DNA of 63,995 bases, filler included, from Perkinsus chesapeaki ATCC PRA-425 (lineage: Eukaryota > Protista > Perkinsozoa): the NCBI GenBank assembly GCA_013115145.1. It is 18 parts of 18 records of this genome, joined end to end, with 100 filler letters (N's around TTAATTAATTAA, not from the genome) between each part and the next. Parts side by side here need not be neighbours in the genome. Positions count along the whole stretch, not along the records: positions 1 to 2,453 come from JAAPAO010001599.1; positions 2,554 to 4,333 come from JAAPAO010001787.1; positions 4,434 to 6,289 come from JAAPAO010001757.1; positions 6,390 to 10,546 come from JAAPAO010001308.1; positions 10,647 to 11,664 come from JAAPAO010002275.1; 13 more parts are not named here. The stretch is one strand, 5' to 3'. A program made the position numbers and the translations under genes. Positions within the stretch are counted from its first letter, which is position 1. Every line of letters begins with the position of its first letter. Positions 1 through 11,764 of this stretch are shown piece after piece. The notes beneath the pieces were generated by a model. It saw nothing but the letters and a program-made list of their open reading frames with translations, did no database searches and was not told where the DNA came from.

Positions 1-73
<73 letters not shown>
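1..73. repeat. (AT)n microsatellite
   Basis: Pure AT dinucleotide run at the window start. Confidence 0.98.
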
Positions 74-74
<1 letters not shown>

Positions 75-552
75 GCGTATTTACTCTACACACAACAAGT
101 TGTGCTCCGCAGAAAACTGCCTCTAAATAAGAGGCAATTTATCTTCTGATCCATTCCCCCTTGAACTCTTTCCCGACTTGAGTATATACGGAATTAACAA
201 AACTCAAATCAATAGTCGCATATAACTTATATGATATAAGTTAGCAAGAAATTAGACGGTAAGATGTTGTGTTAATACTAATAATCCTGCATTAGCCCAC
301 ACATCTTATAATACACATCTATTTCATCTGCCGCAGGGACTGTTGCAATGAAATTCTTGCGCATAAATAACAGAACTGCGGGATACGAGATCTGCCACAG
401 TATTGGCCACTCTGTTCACATGCATAGCTTTGGCTGATTCAGTAGTAGTGTCTGGGCGAAGTACCATGAAAACCTTCTCGCCAGGGCGGCCATCGATTGA
501 GCCTTCGCACGATGGTGACAGACTGCTTGCACAGCTGCACTATTATCCGACA

Positions 553-1623
553 TCACAAGACAAGAAGCAAAAGGCGGCAATGACAATATACCAAGGAGGC
601 AAGCGAGGAGGCAAGCGAGGCAAGGCGGCCAATATATACTGCCGCCTGCTCGAGTGCCTTCCCGATCCACATTCGTTTAAGGTTCTTCTTTCTGGCAACC
701 TTGATTGTGCTGAAGAACGGGCGTAGATGACAACGCAGGCGGCAAAAGGATTCTAACCAGAGCAGCGTGGAACCATCACCACGTGCCTGAGCGTCCAATA
801 GACAGTGTTGTGCCGTTCGAGCTACAGATCTTGTAGTAGGTAGCACCAAGGTCTGTGAGAGATGTGGATCACTAACACTATTCATACCACTCCGACGAAA
901 ATCATCGACCAATCTCACTTTCTTCAACCTACAAGCGTCATCATACGTTGGAATACAAGCTAGGCGATTGACCGCCTGTATGCGGTGCACCTCATTAGAG
1001 CCAATCATTCGCATCCTGCCCAAGGACACTTCGCGTGTCAGCGCAGACTTAACTTAAGTAGCAAAGTCTTCAGCTGAAGTATAGTTTGTCCATTATGGAC
1101 AAACTATACTTCAGCTATATGGACAGTCCATACCTCACGCGTGATGGGGAACCATGTATGCTTCGAAGGCTCGGATCTATCCTTCCAGCACTTTGTTGGT
1201 GGAACATCACAAGTAGTCCCCAACGTTATACCCGAATCCACCAGATCCATAAAGGGGTAAAACAGGTTGATCCGTTTCTTCTTGCATAGCTTGCAATACT
1301 GCTTTCATTAGCGGGGCTCGAATATCCCAACCAACATTGGCCTTCCGATCACTGACTTTCAAGATCTGGGCCCACTCGCGTCTCAGGGAATCGGTATAAG
1401 AGTGGAGTTCTGACTTCACATCCTCCCACATGTGGGATTGAGCTTGCTGATCCCTGGACAAGGATATCCAGTTCCTTATTTTATCGCCCACATGGGATGA
1501 CGATATCAACCCAACCACCCTTTTGATGGCTTCACCTAAGGCCTCAACCTTAGAAGACCGATTGGCCACCGGGCTTTGGTTAACCACAGAGTCAACACCC
1601 ATGCCGTCCACTAAAGTCAGCAA
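553..1623 (-). CDS. Probable exons of an unidentified spliced gene
   Basis: Two minus-strand ORFs (1207-1623, 553-1029) and a GTATGG donor-like site near 1133. No recognisable motif. Confidence 0.25.
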
Positions 1624-1942
1624 CTCCTCTGCCTGTTTTCTTCAGACTCTTTGAGAGTTTTAGAAGCCAAGCCCCACATGTAGCTAATAATAGAGGGTTG
1701 GCCAGGCGAAACGGAGGGTACCAGCCTGACAAGAATACGGCTTGCCTAATGCAAAGCTGCGATGAAAGAGACGATGAGTAGAAGAATACACATTTGTAAC
1801 AAGTTTAACTCTAACAATGTTGGACTAATAAACCCCCCTGCAAGATAATGGAACATACCCATTTTTTTCGATTATTCCTTCAATATTGCGTGTTGGCTCA
1901 TGATTTTTTGTGAGTTTACTAACTATAACATACGAAATAGAG

Positions 1943-2177
1943 TAGTCATACCAGTTGATGTGTTTTCGCTCGCCCAATCAAATTTTTCTGAAACCGTCGA
2001 AAAATTGCGCGCAGCGAAATTATACAACATTCATTTTTTGCACAAAAACCAAGGGAAATCCCCACGGGAATGCGGCAAATTTGGCTCTCACAGTAGCTAG
2101 TTCTAAGTCTATTAGAACACTATACCATCCTAAGTGGCATTAATCTCATTTGAGAGCTAAATTAGAGCACTAATAGT
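1943..2177 (+). repeat. Diverged dispersed non-coding repeat, copy 1
   Basis: Collinear with 20660-20889 (tagtcata..tgatgtgtt..tcgctcgcc..gaaaccgt..tgcgcgcagc..tagctagttc..tctcatttg..agcact.atagt). Confidence 0.8.
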
Positions 2178-3562
2178 CCTCAACTATCCTCAACTAGAAG
2201 GTCGCCACGATCACAATGATATTGAACTAGTTCGTAAGCACCCGCTGACAGAGGCATAAAATTAAAGTGACTATTAACTCAACTGAAACGAACCAAATCC
2301 CTTCCTTCCAGGCTTTGATTGAACAACTCAAACCAAATTTGACAAGTAGAAACCGCGCACGCCCAAAACACACCATGTACGGGTAATGGTCCCGATCCAA
2401 GCATCAGTGGTAGGTGTCAAGCAAGCATGAGTCGCTCGCCCGGGTTGTAATTTNNNNNNNNNNNNNNNNNNNNNNNNNNNNNNNNNNNNNNNNNNNNTTA
2501 ATTAATTAANNNNNNNNNNNNNNNNNNNNNNNNNNNNNNNNNNNNNNNNNNNNCGCGTGTTGGATCGGACATGACCGGGCCGGCCACATGAAAGTATCCG
2601 AGTTCTTTGGATCATTTCCATAAACAGGCCTAACAACATCGTGGCTCGCATTAAGTTATACATTAAGTTATACCGAGTCCACTTCAGGGCCTGTAGTGCA
2701 GACAGTTTCCCTTCCAATCTCATTTCAGTGACCGAACCCCGGTCACCGACTACGAAACTGCTGTGACGTGGATTTGGACTGGATCATTTAGTTAAACCAA
2801 GCTTGTCTTTGTTCCACGTGTTTTCGCTGCTCGGATGCTAAACTTCGGAAGTGGTTTCAAGAGTGAAGTTTTCCACATAATAGCATTATTGTTTCTTGAC
2901 ATGTTACATATGGCTCGTTTGGTTAATAGTCAATGACATATCCGACACATGTTCTCTACAAGCCAAATAAACTAAGCCATGTAATTCTTAATAACTTCCG
3001 ATATCCCAACCTGTTCATAGTTAATACTTAACCAAATACGCGCTTCAGGTATGAACGAAATTCGTTCAACGAATGGTCCCAGACAATGGAACATGTCGGC
3101 ATTCACTGTTATCTCTAGTCATTGAGCTGTATTCAAAGAATAGCGGTCACGGTGACGCATTTTGGGCGAAGCCCATTGTGGCCCCCTTGGGATAACTATA
3201 GCGGGACCGAGTTGACGGACGTATGAAATTGGTTGCATCCATTCCCGGGAACCTGTGGCTTATTGCAGGTATGAACCTGACTCGTGAGACTTTATTACGA
3301 TAGTGCTACTATGAGCCATTCAAGTAGGGAGACAATGTGGCTGTCACAGACGGTTTCATCGAGCCCATGCGAGAGATTCTTCATGATGGCAAACATCACA
3401 TCATTGGTATGTTCCCATTGAATGGTTCTTGAGTCACGACGATTGACACGAGATACTTAAGGGTAGAGACTCATCCCATTTTGTCATATATAGATACATT
3501 TCTGCTTCTCATTTACCCTCGAGGACTTCGAAGATATTGGCGATAGTTAACCGGGACTTCTA

Positions 3563-3998
3563 ATGGCCAACGTGAGAAGACGCGCTGGGAGGTTTGGGAA
3601 AGGAAAGGCCTACGCTGATGACAAAAAAAATGTCCTCCGGAAATTGGAATCACTAAAAAAGAGCGAAGGTATCAAGCTTGATGATCACGAATATACAATT
3701 ATGAAGTGCTTGCCGCCTCATGCTCTGATGGAGGTCTGTAAGCGTTGGATTAACCTGATCGAGCACAACCAAGCAACCCTTCCTCTGGGAGTAGCTCTCA
3801 GACAAAAGGGTCTTCGTCAAGCCAAGGCAGCTGCTATCGGTTTGGGAAGGGAGTATGTCACTTGGTTCGAGCTGAAAGCAAAAATTTGCGATACCCCTAT
3901 TAAGCAGAATGGCCATTCTTGCCTGATGCAAAATGAGAACGAGTCACTTAGGCCCCCAGAAGTCCAGCTCGATGTTAATGAGCATTCCAACAATTCAG
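3563..3998 (+). CDS. Hypothetical protein exon
   Basis: Plausible coding ORF ending at a CAG|GTGAG donor near 3998. No confident family. Confidence 0.3.
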
Positions 3999-4433
3999 GT
4001 GAGACGCTAAGATCATTTGGAAAAGATTTAGTATTATCAGCAATGAATGTCTAGTATTTTTATTCATGACAGATGAGGAATGGTTATCATAACTATTGGT
4101 TATGGCTATATCGCATATAATAGGTTATTTCGCTTTATCATCGGATTTACATCATCAATTCTTCCGACTCGTCTAGAAAAGTGTCTAGTAAAAAAATGAA
4201 TGTCTTAGTGCTTAGCATTCAGTATGAGTCTATAGTAGTATAAACGTGTAACGCAGCACTGACCGAAACTTGCTTAGAAGAGCTTTCGTAAGTTCGCTCT
4301 ACAAACTCTATTGATTCAATTCAGGTCCAAGTANNNNNNNNNNNNNNNNNNNNNNNNNNNNNNNNNNNNNNNNNNNNTTAATTAATTAANNNNNNNNNNN
4401 NNNNNNNNNNNNNNNNNNNNNNNNNNNNNNNNN

Positions 4434-6169
4434 CTCTTGGCCGTCTTCTTGGGGCAGTCTGCCGCCTTATGCCCCTTAAGATGACAGTCGAAACACCTGC
4501 CCTCCCGGAAGTCCATCACCTTCTTAGGGTCCTTCTTGATGGCATCAGGCTCATTCTTCCCTGAGGTGAGAAGCTTTGACGAGGGTTGCTTACCAGATAT
4601 AGGTTTAGATTTCTTCCTTTTCGCCTTGCCCTGGCGAGACGTCTGTTCATTAGTGGAAACAGGTTTTGGCAGACCGCTAGGTGCATGAGGATCATCATTA
4701 GGATCACCCCCTGGGCAATAGTACAGCTCAGGTCCAACCCCACACTGCTCCACAGCTTTAGACTTCAAGGCACAAGCCTCGTTTCTAGGTAGCATGCGGA
4801 GTGCAATGCCGGACTCCCTCATGAGCCTAATGATATCAGTGAAGGCGTTGTAGTCACCGGCATTCGAGAGTTTGTCCCACCAAGTGGACATAAGACGCCG
4901 CCAAGAGGCGTGGGATAGCATGGCACTCAACAGCCTTTCACGGCGTTGGTCCCATGAGATATAAGGAGACGCCGTACCGGCATCAGCCTGTGCAGCCTCG
5001 TCCTTCGCCTTTGAGCTGTTAGTCATTAAAACCCACAGCTCATCCTCTCTGCTCAGGAAAGAGCTCAGCGTGTCATTCTCGACAACGCTTATCGACGACC
5101 ATCCAGCCATGACCTTGGCTATGGATATGCGAGGTCGCTCGTCGTCGATAGCCTTCCGGACCAGCTTAGTCCATGCACGGATCACAGCCTGGTACGCAAG
5201 GTAATCAGTTTGAAACTCAGAGCGCACATCTTCTTCGGCCTTGGCCATGTCACGGCCAAACCATTTATGCCAGCCAATAGCAGCCACTTGCTGAGATTCA
5301 CCACCCGAGCAGATAGATATTAGGGATCGGCGTAGATTGGAGCCAACCGATAGGGGGAAAAGGTAGACCAGAGTAAGTAACTCGACACTGGGATTGGCTC
5401 TCGACACCGAGAGCGACCTGTCAAGTTTGTCACAGAAGTCGCCAAACTCCTTGGACCTGCTGTTGGCTTCGACCTGGTGAACGCCGCCCTTCCCCTTCTT
5501 CAACGCCTGCGAGCATGGTGAGTTAGCTAAGCAGCCAATATTCCAGCTTTCAGCAAACTTGATGATGTTGGTCCCCAAGACCTCGCCACCGCGACCAATC
5601 AGTGAAGTACTAGGTGGCATCCATGGGTTCTTACCAACTCCCAAGATGACCGTCAGAAGTTCATATGTGCTCATCATCATTGCATTTTCGAGCCGTGGCA
5701 ATATCGGCTCTTGAGATTGTGTAGCAGAGTCTGCTTCGAGCAGTAGTTCCTCAATGGTAGCCAGATTGCGCTTAGTGTGATTCGCCACACCGAGCGGTGG
5801 GACCATCATGTCCGATAGTGATGTGGAGTGGCGGGCATTCCGCCTGCCACCACGACCGCTCACAGATTCATTTTCATCAGAGCTCGACGTGTCGCCGTCG
5901 TCGTCGTCATCACCACCACCATTGTCGTTACCACCGTCTTCGTTAGCACTCGCATACTCAAACTCTTGTCCACTGCCTGTCCTTGTAATGACAGCCGAAA
6001 TTAGGGTCTCAGGGCCGGGGCTGGATAGCCGCTCATCCAACGAGCTGCCACTTCCAGCCCCACGGTGGGTGCCAATTGTAACTCTGGAACAATTCTCTGC
6101 GCCAGGGATACGTAAGAGATCTTCTCCCAATACTTCCGGACTCAAGTCACAGTCGTTAACAGATGCCAT
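4434..6169 (-). CDS. gag: Retrotransposon gag-like protein with CCHC zinc knuckle (3' truncated by contig end)
   Basis: Intronless ORF of about 580 aa from ATG 6169. CX2CX4HX4C motif CFDCHLKGHKAADC near the end, preceded by a basic linker; acidic low-complexity N-terminus. Confidence 0.75.
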
Positions 6170-6390
6170 ATTAAACAGGCAGAGTAGTAGAGATAATCGA
6201 GTGATCATCAGATACAATGAGCAACGGCGTGACGCCCTGCTTATTGGAGACAGCACGCATGTCATTGCGCGGAGGTCACCGATAACAATNNNNNNNNNNN
6301 NNNNNNNNNNNNNNNNNNNNNNNNNNNNNNNNNTTAATTAATTAANNNNNNNNNNNNNNNNNNNNNNNNNNNNNNNNNNNNNNNNNNNNC

Positions 6391-6471
6391 TGGAGTGGGA
6401 AAGGCTATGGTAAAGGTGGTGCTCGAGGTAAAGGAGGGGGCAAGAACGAGGCCCCTCAGAAGGATAACTAG
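6391..6471 (+). CDS. C-terminal tail of ORF1 (gag-like) of the YR retrotransposon
   Basis: Reads WSGKGYGKGGARGKGGGKNEAPQKDN* from the contig start, directly upstream of pol. Confidence 0.5.
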   Translation, partial: WSGKGYGKGGARGKGGGKNEAPQKDN

Positions 6472-6691
6472 CTAGAATAGATGTCTAAGTTTCTAATGGT
6501 TGTGAGTAGTACTAGTGGTTATCTATAGGAGAGGTGATATAGGGCGTCGATCTGAGGCGTTCATCACGGTTAGAGTTAACCGTGTATTAGTAAGTGTTAT
6601 TTGATTTAACTTAGCTAAATGTGTTGCGTTTATAAATTATGTGTCGAGGTATTGTCATGTGAGTAGTTTTCATTGTTTTTATTTGGCGGGT

Positions 6692-8965
6692 ATGCCGCAT
6701 AAGCGGAGTCGTGACTGTAAAGCCAGTGCTCGTAGGGCTTATCGTAACAAGAAGAAGTTGAAACGATCCGAGGGATCAATTAACGAGGGTCTGTCTCGTG
6801 AGACCTTCGAAAGCGGGCCCTGGCGGAGGTACTGGGATTTGGCTCTAAAGTGTTGGAGGGAAGAGAAAGAAAAAGTGAAAGCGGCTTATATCGATGGCTC
6901 AGGAGTACCTGAAGTGACCTCACCATTGTCGAATTCTTGCGATATTGACGGTTGGAGAGCACAGCCATTGGTTAAGTGCATTTTAGAGACTGAAGTAGTG
7001 AAGGAGGCAATTGAAAAATTGAAATTGGGAACTAGCCCTCAGGATATTGAAAATATCTTTCATAAGGATGGTAGTGGCATTATATCAAAGATTACGACGG
7101 TATGCGAGAGGTTTTTCAATGTTAATAGAAACAAAAATGATGAGGCTAAGTTCAATTCGAAGTTCGAATTAACGGATCATTGCTGACCAGAGGTTCGAAT
7201 TTCGAACCTCTGGTCAGCAATGATCCGTTATTTCGGTGTCCGTGATGAGGAATTCATTCAGCAGGGAGCTAGGTATGGTTTTCCGGTCGGGATTCTACAA
7301 CCTCTTCCATCCAGTGGGGGTATACATCCTTTGGCAGATGAGGAACAGATTGTGTCTTATGTAGAAGACGGTCCTGAGTGGTCAGGGAATTACCCTTCCG
7401 AGGTGGAAGGATCAGAGGAGATACTTCATAAGTTAATAGAGGGAGAGATAAGTAGAGGGTGGATGGAGATAGTAGACCGGTTTGAATCCGGAGCAAAGCC
7501 GGCTAAGCTGGCTTTGATTCCTAAGAAGAATTTTGATGAAGGGGTTAATGATTGGGCCGATCAGCCTGAGGATGTGTTGAGGAAGTCCTTCAGGGTAATA
7601 GAGGACTATAGAAGGAATGCCTGTAATAATAAGGTTTCCATGAAGGAAACCAACGCGCTGCCGAGCTATCAGAGTTTAGTTCGTTTGTTGGAGCATATAG
7701 TGCAGTTGGAGGCGAAAACTGGCAGTAGTTATATCATCTTCGAAAGCGATATTCAATCGGCGTATAGAACGGTGCCTGTGATTGCGGCAGAGAGAGGATT
7801 TCTTGTTGCGGAGGTGAATTCGGTTAAAGTCAGGCACACCCGATTGCCTATGGGGCTGCGGTCTGGTGCTTACGTTTTCTCGCGGATTTTCTCAACTTTG
7901 CATCGAGTATTAAGGAAAATAATGGACCCGTTGGGGACTGGCGGGTTAAGTTATCTCGATGATAATTGCTGGTTTATCCCAAAATGTATAAAAGAAGAAG
8001 CTATTTGTATTTTGCTTCTTGTGCCAGGGGCATGTGGGGTAGATTACGCCTGGGAGAAAATACATGTCGATGGAAATAATACCTTTGGGGGGTTCACCAT
8101 AACAAGAATGAATCTCGGAGGGTTTGTGATTAGGGTACCGCCGCGTAAGGAGGAGAAAGTGGTGCAGCAGATAACGTCCATTTTGGAGAGCGGGATGGTG
8201 AAGGCCGAGACGCTACAGAGTCTCATTGGTCGTCTCTTGTTTTATACGCAGATGTGTCCTATTTATAGAGAGGGACTATCTCATTTATATGGTCTATCTA
8301 CAGTTATGAATAAAAAGGGCTTGTACAAGGTCAAATGTTCCGAGAGGACTGCTGACTGTTTGACGAGATGGCTGCAAGTAGTATCATCTAACTTCGAGAG
8401 GGTGATAAAGGCTGTGGAGTGTGGGGGCCGTTCCGGGCGTCAAGAGGATTTGGAAGGTTTGATCCTAGCTGACGCCTCCACTATCGCCTTAGGGTGTATC
8501 GTTATTCGTGTGACTGGTACGAGTGAGCCGGGTGCGTATAGTAGACTGCTAATTGAGGAATTGAAAGAGATCGAAGAGACCAATGTACATGCAAGAACGA
8601 GCAGTAATATGGTATCGTTGGAACTTACTGCAACACTTATGGGTGTATTGCTAGCAAAGAAGATGGGCATGAATCCCTCAAAAATGTTAGTCCTATCGGA
8701 TTCGAAGTCGGGTATCGGCGCTCTGAAGAAAGGTTTTTCAGCGAAGATTGGCCCAGCTAGACTGGTTGCTGTGATTACACAAATAATGAGCGATGGAATA
8801 CAGGTGTCAGATTTGCCCAATGACAGGGCATATCACATTAAAGGGTTGTTAAATGTCGATGCTGATAAGATCTCTCGTGATGTGGGCTATGCACCACCTG
8901 GGCTGAAGAGAATGTATGTTTCTGTCGCAGAAGTGAAAGAAGTGTTAAATGGAGGGAAGTTCTAA
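6692..8965 (+). pseudogene. pol: pol (reverse transcriptase + RNase H) interrupted by one in-frame TGA inside a 45-bp palindromic insertion
   Basis: RT motifs DIQSAYRTVPV, LPMGLRSG, YLDD. RNase H motifs ADAS, LELTA, LSDS, HIKGLLNVDADKISR. ORFs 6641-7186 and 7220-8965 share a frame and are separated only by TGA 7184-7186. Confidence 0.85.
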
Positions 8966-9131
8966 GCTAGATATCTCACTTAGCGGTAGTTGGCAACCAC
9001 TTATCACAGATAATAGTCACTCAGTTATGAATGGAGTGTTGCGTTTGTAAAGGGAATAAATTGGTGCTCGGCTACTTCTGGAGATTTAGGTTTATTTGAA
9101 ATCTTTTCAATATCTTGTTTCACCGCTGCAA

Positions 9132-10235
9132 ATGGCTAAAGGCGGAAAAGGTAGAAAGGGTGGGAAAGGAGGAAAAGGAGGGAAAGAAGGAAAAGGAAAG
9201 AAGGGGAGAAATAAAGGCAATAACCGCGAGCAGCAGATAAAAAACTTCATGAGCGCACAACCACCCGAAGGGTCTGAAGAGGAGTCCCAATTAAACCAAC
9301 GTTTGAGGGAGAGTTCCATTAGAGCGTCGACAATGCAACAATATACGACGGCGGAGAAGTTGTTTCTTGAGGTCAGCACGTATCCCATCAATGCCGATAA
9401 AGTTCAGCTGTTTATATGGGCGTTACTATCACTAGAACCGAAGCTAACTAGTAATACTATCTCCCAATATGTGACGAGTATCAAGACATTATCTGAAATT
9501 AAGGGTTACCCGCCTCTGAGCACTAGAGGCGAACAACTAGTGAAGAGGGCTCTAGCGGGGGCGCGTAAAACTAGGGAATCGGTGGGTGTCGAGTCGAAGG
9601 AGGCGCCTGTAATCACGGATAGGGCGGTAAGGGCGATCGCGGGGATCGCGACCACCATGGGATCTATGAGTGACCAGATAAAAGTACTAACATTGATGAG
9701 CATTGGGATTGTCAGTCGGTTAGACGAAACTTGGAATTTACGAGGAAAAGATGTTCACGTTGTGAAGACAGGGAGCCATTTAAGGGTAATAATCGATATA
9801 TGGAACCCTAAGACCGTGGACGGATTGACACAGAAGACAGTCGACTGTACTGAAAGAATAAAAGGGGAGGGGTGTAGAGCACTGTGGTGCGTAGCACATG
9901 AAATGCAAGAAAGGAAAGAGAACTTGGCGTCGGATGAGATGAGGTTTTTTCCGGGTATATGTAAAACTACCTATGCTCGAGAGTTGAAGAAGCTTATGAA
10001 GAAACAGTATCCAGCCGAATACGAACTGTTTGAAATGGACAAGGTTAGTGGACATAGTCTGAGGAGGACGGGAACAACGCGTTTGGCGCAGCAAAACGTT
10101 CCCCACCAGGAAATTATGGCGAGTGGCTCTTGGCGTAGTGATTGTTGGAGAATCTATGCTACTCGAGCTATAGCAGAAAGGACTACGAAACACTCTGGGA
10201 TCATTTTTGGGCAACCGACCTCGAGCGGGCCATAG
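9132..10235 (+). CDS. Tyrosine recombinase of the retrotransposon
   Basis: Catalytic set R (SRLDE), K (WNPKT), HxxR (GHSLRR), W (GSW), Y (WRIY). SAM-like N-terminal helix RASTMQQY; Gly/Lys-rich N-terminus. Confidence 0.88.
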   Translation: MAKGGKGRKGGKGGKGGKEGKGKKGRNKGNNREQQIKNFMSAQPPEGSEEESQLNQRLRESSIRASTMQQYTTAEKLFLEVSTYPINADKVQLFIWALLSLEPKLTSNTISQYVTSIKTLSEIKGYPPLSTRGEQLVKRALAGARKTRESVGVESKEAPVITDRAVRAIAGIATTMGSMSDQIKVLTLMSIGIVSRLDETWNLRGKDVHVVKTGSHLRVIIDIWNPKTVDGLTQKTVDCTERIKGEGCRALWCVAHEMQERKENLASDEMRFFPGICKTTYARELKKLMKKQYPAEYELFEMDKVSGHSLRRTGTTRLAQQNVPHQEIMASGSWRSDCWRIYATRAIAERTTKHSGIIFGQPTSSGP

Positions 10236-11346
10236 TCGCATTCAGATGGCGATGAATGAGTGACTACAACACTTGAGATATATAGCGATTCCTTAAGGCT
10301 AAAATAATTACCTTGCGTTGTATAGTTGGATGTCGTGTGAATAGAAAGTGGAGTTCGTTTAGTGGACTAATGGAAAGTTGATCTCGGGTAACTCGAGTCG
10401 GATTTGTGGTATTTTCGTAAGAATCTAGGAATTTATGGTAAAACAGTTTGGTGTATGTTGGGTATTTGGGATGGGGAGGCGCGATATAGGCTTTCAGATA
10501 TGAGATGTTAGAAGCATACTCAATTGCTATCACTAAGGTAAAGGTANNNNNNNNNNNNNNNNNNNNNNNNNNNNNNNNNNNNNNNNNNNNTTAATTAATT
10601 AANNNNNNNNNNNNNNNNNNNNNNNNNNNNNNNNNNNNNNNNNNNNGTGAAGAGTACTTTGAGAAGTTCTTTGCTAATCTTGTTAACCAGATTGATAATA
10701 GCTTCCAAAAGCTTGTTGATGAGGCCAACTAACTGACTACTACCAAGTGAATGTTTAGGGTGAAGGCCAGTAATTGTTATAATGATATATAGATAATAAT
10801 TGTTATTGCTTATAGTATAACAAGTATTATCTATCAACACTGCTGATGTATTTGATGATGTAATCAATACTGGCTGATACTAATGATGATGCTAGAGGTG
10901 ATTTTTTCCTAGTGTTTCACCCCACCACCACTACTACACCGTAAAGGTTGTTGTTGTTATCATTATTCGATTATTGGCCTTATTCACAAGTCTACCCCTC
11001 AACAACGACATCATCAAGAGCAGCTTGTCACTTTTTTCTTCCTATACAACAGCATAAGGAGTATTGATTATTATACTATCAATCATTATTGATTGATATT
11101 ACATAATAATCATTTACTACTACTACAGTTATCTGGGTGATGATTCCTTTAAGTGATAGAGATGGTATATGGTTATAATGACAAGTGTGTGTTACAAGGG
11201 ATTTTATGAATTCCTATGCCTACTACTGCTAATAACAATGTTATTACTCATTATTACCGTTAATGCTATCTCGAGTACATTTTCTTCAATCATAGAATAA
11301 TGCGAGTTTGAGTTTTAGTAATGTAACAAGACATCAGTATGGCGAC

Positions 11347-11664
11347 GTATATATATAATAGTGTCTTTAATATGGTATATATACTTATAATAGTGTCTTT
11401 AATATGGTATATATACTTATAATAGTGTCTCTAATATGGTATATATACTTATAATAGTGTCTCTAATATGGTATATATACTTATAATAGTGTCTCTAATA
11501 TGGTATATATACTTATAATAGTGTCTCTAATATGGTATATATACTTATAATAGTGTCTCTAATATGGTATATATACTTATAATAGTGTCTTTAATATGGT
11601 ATATATACTTATAATAGTGTCTCTAATATGGTATATATACTTATAATAGTGTCTCTAATATGGT
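11347..11664. repeat. 32-bp minisatellite, about 9.5 copies, runs into the gap
   Basis: Unit gtatatatacttataatagtgtct(c/t)taatatg. Confidence 0.95.
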
Positions 11665-11764
11665 NNNNNNNNNNNNNNNNNNNNNNNNNNNNNNNNNNNN
11701 NNNNNNNNTTAATTAATTAANNNNNNNNNNNNNNNNNNNNNNNNNNNNNNNNNNNNNNNNNNNN

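Larger units (their letters stand above)
6390..10546 (+). mobile_element. Tyrosine-recombinase (DIRS/Ngaro/PAT-order) retrotransposon, partial
   Basis: Same-strand order: ORF1 tail, RT-RNaseH, tyrosine recombinase. Termini not identifiable in the contig. Confidence 0.88.

Noticed and set aside
7184-7186. Programmed UGA readthrough or selenocysteine stimulated by the hairpin
   Set aside because: The stop lies inside the duplicated arm; the 8-mer geometry and ORF restoration explain it better as an insertion scar.
9132-10235. Phage or prokaryotic integrase system
   Set aside because: Directly linked to a DIRS-type RT/RNaseH in a eukaryotic, intron-rich context.
4434-10546. Treating the gag contig and the YR-retrotransposon contig as one element
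   Set aside because: They are separated by a linker, on opposite strands, and the YR element has its own ORF1 tail.
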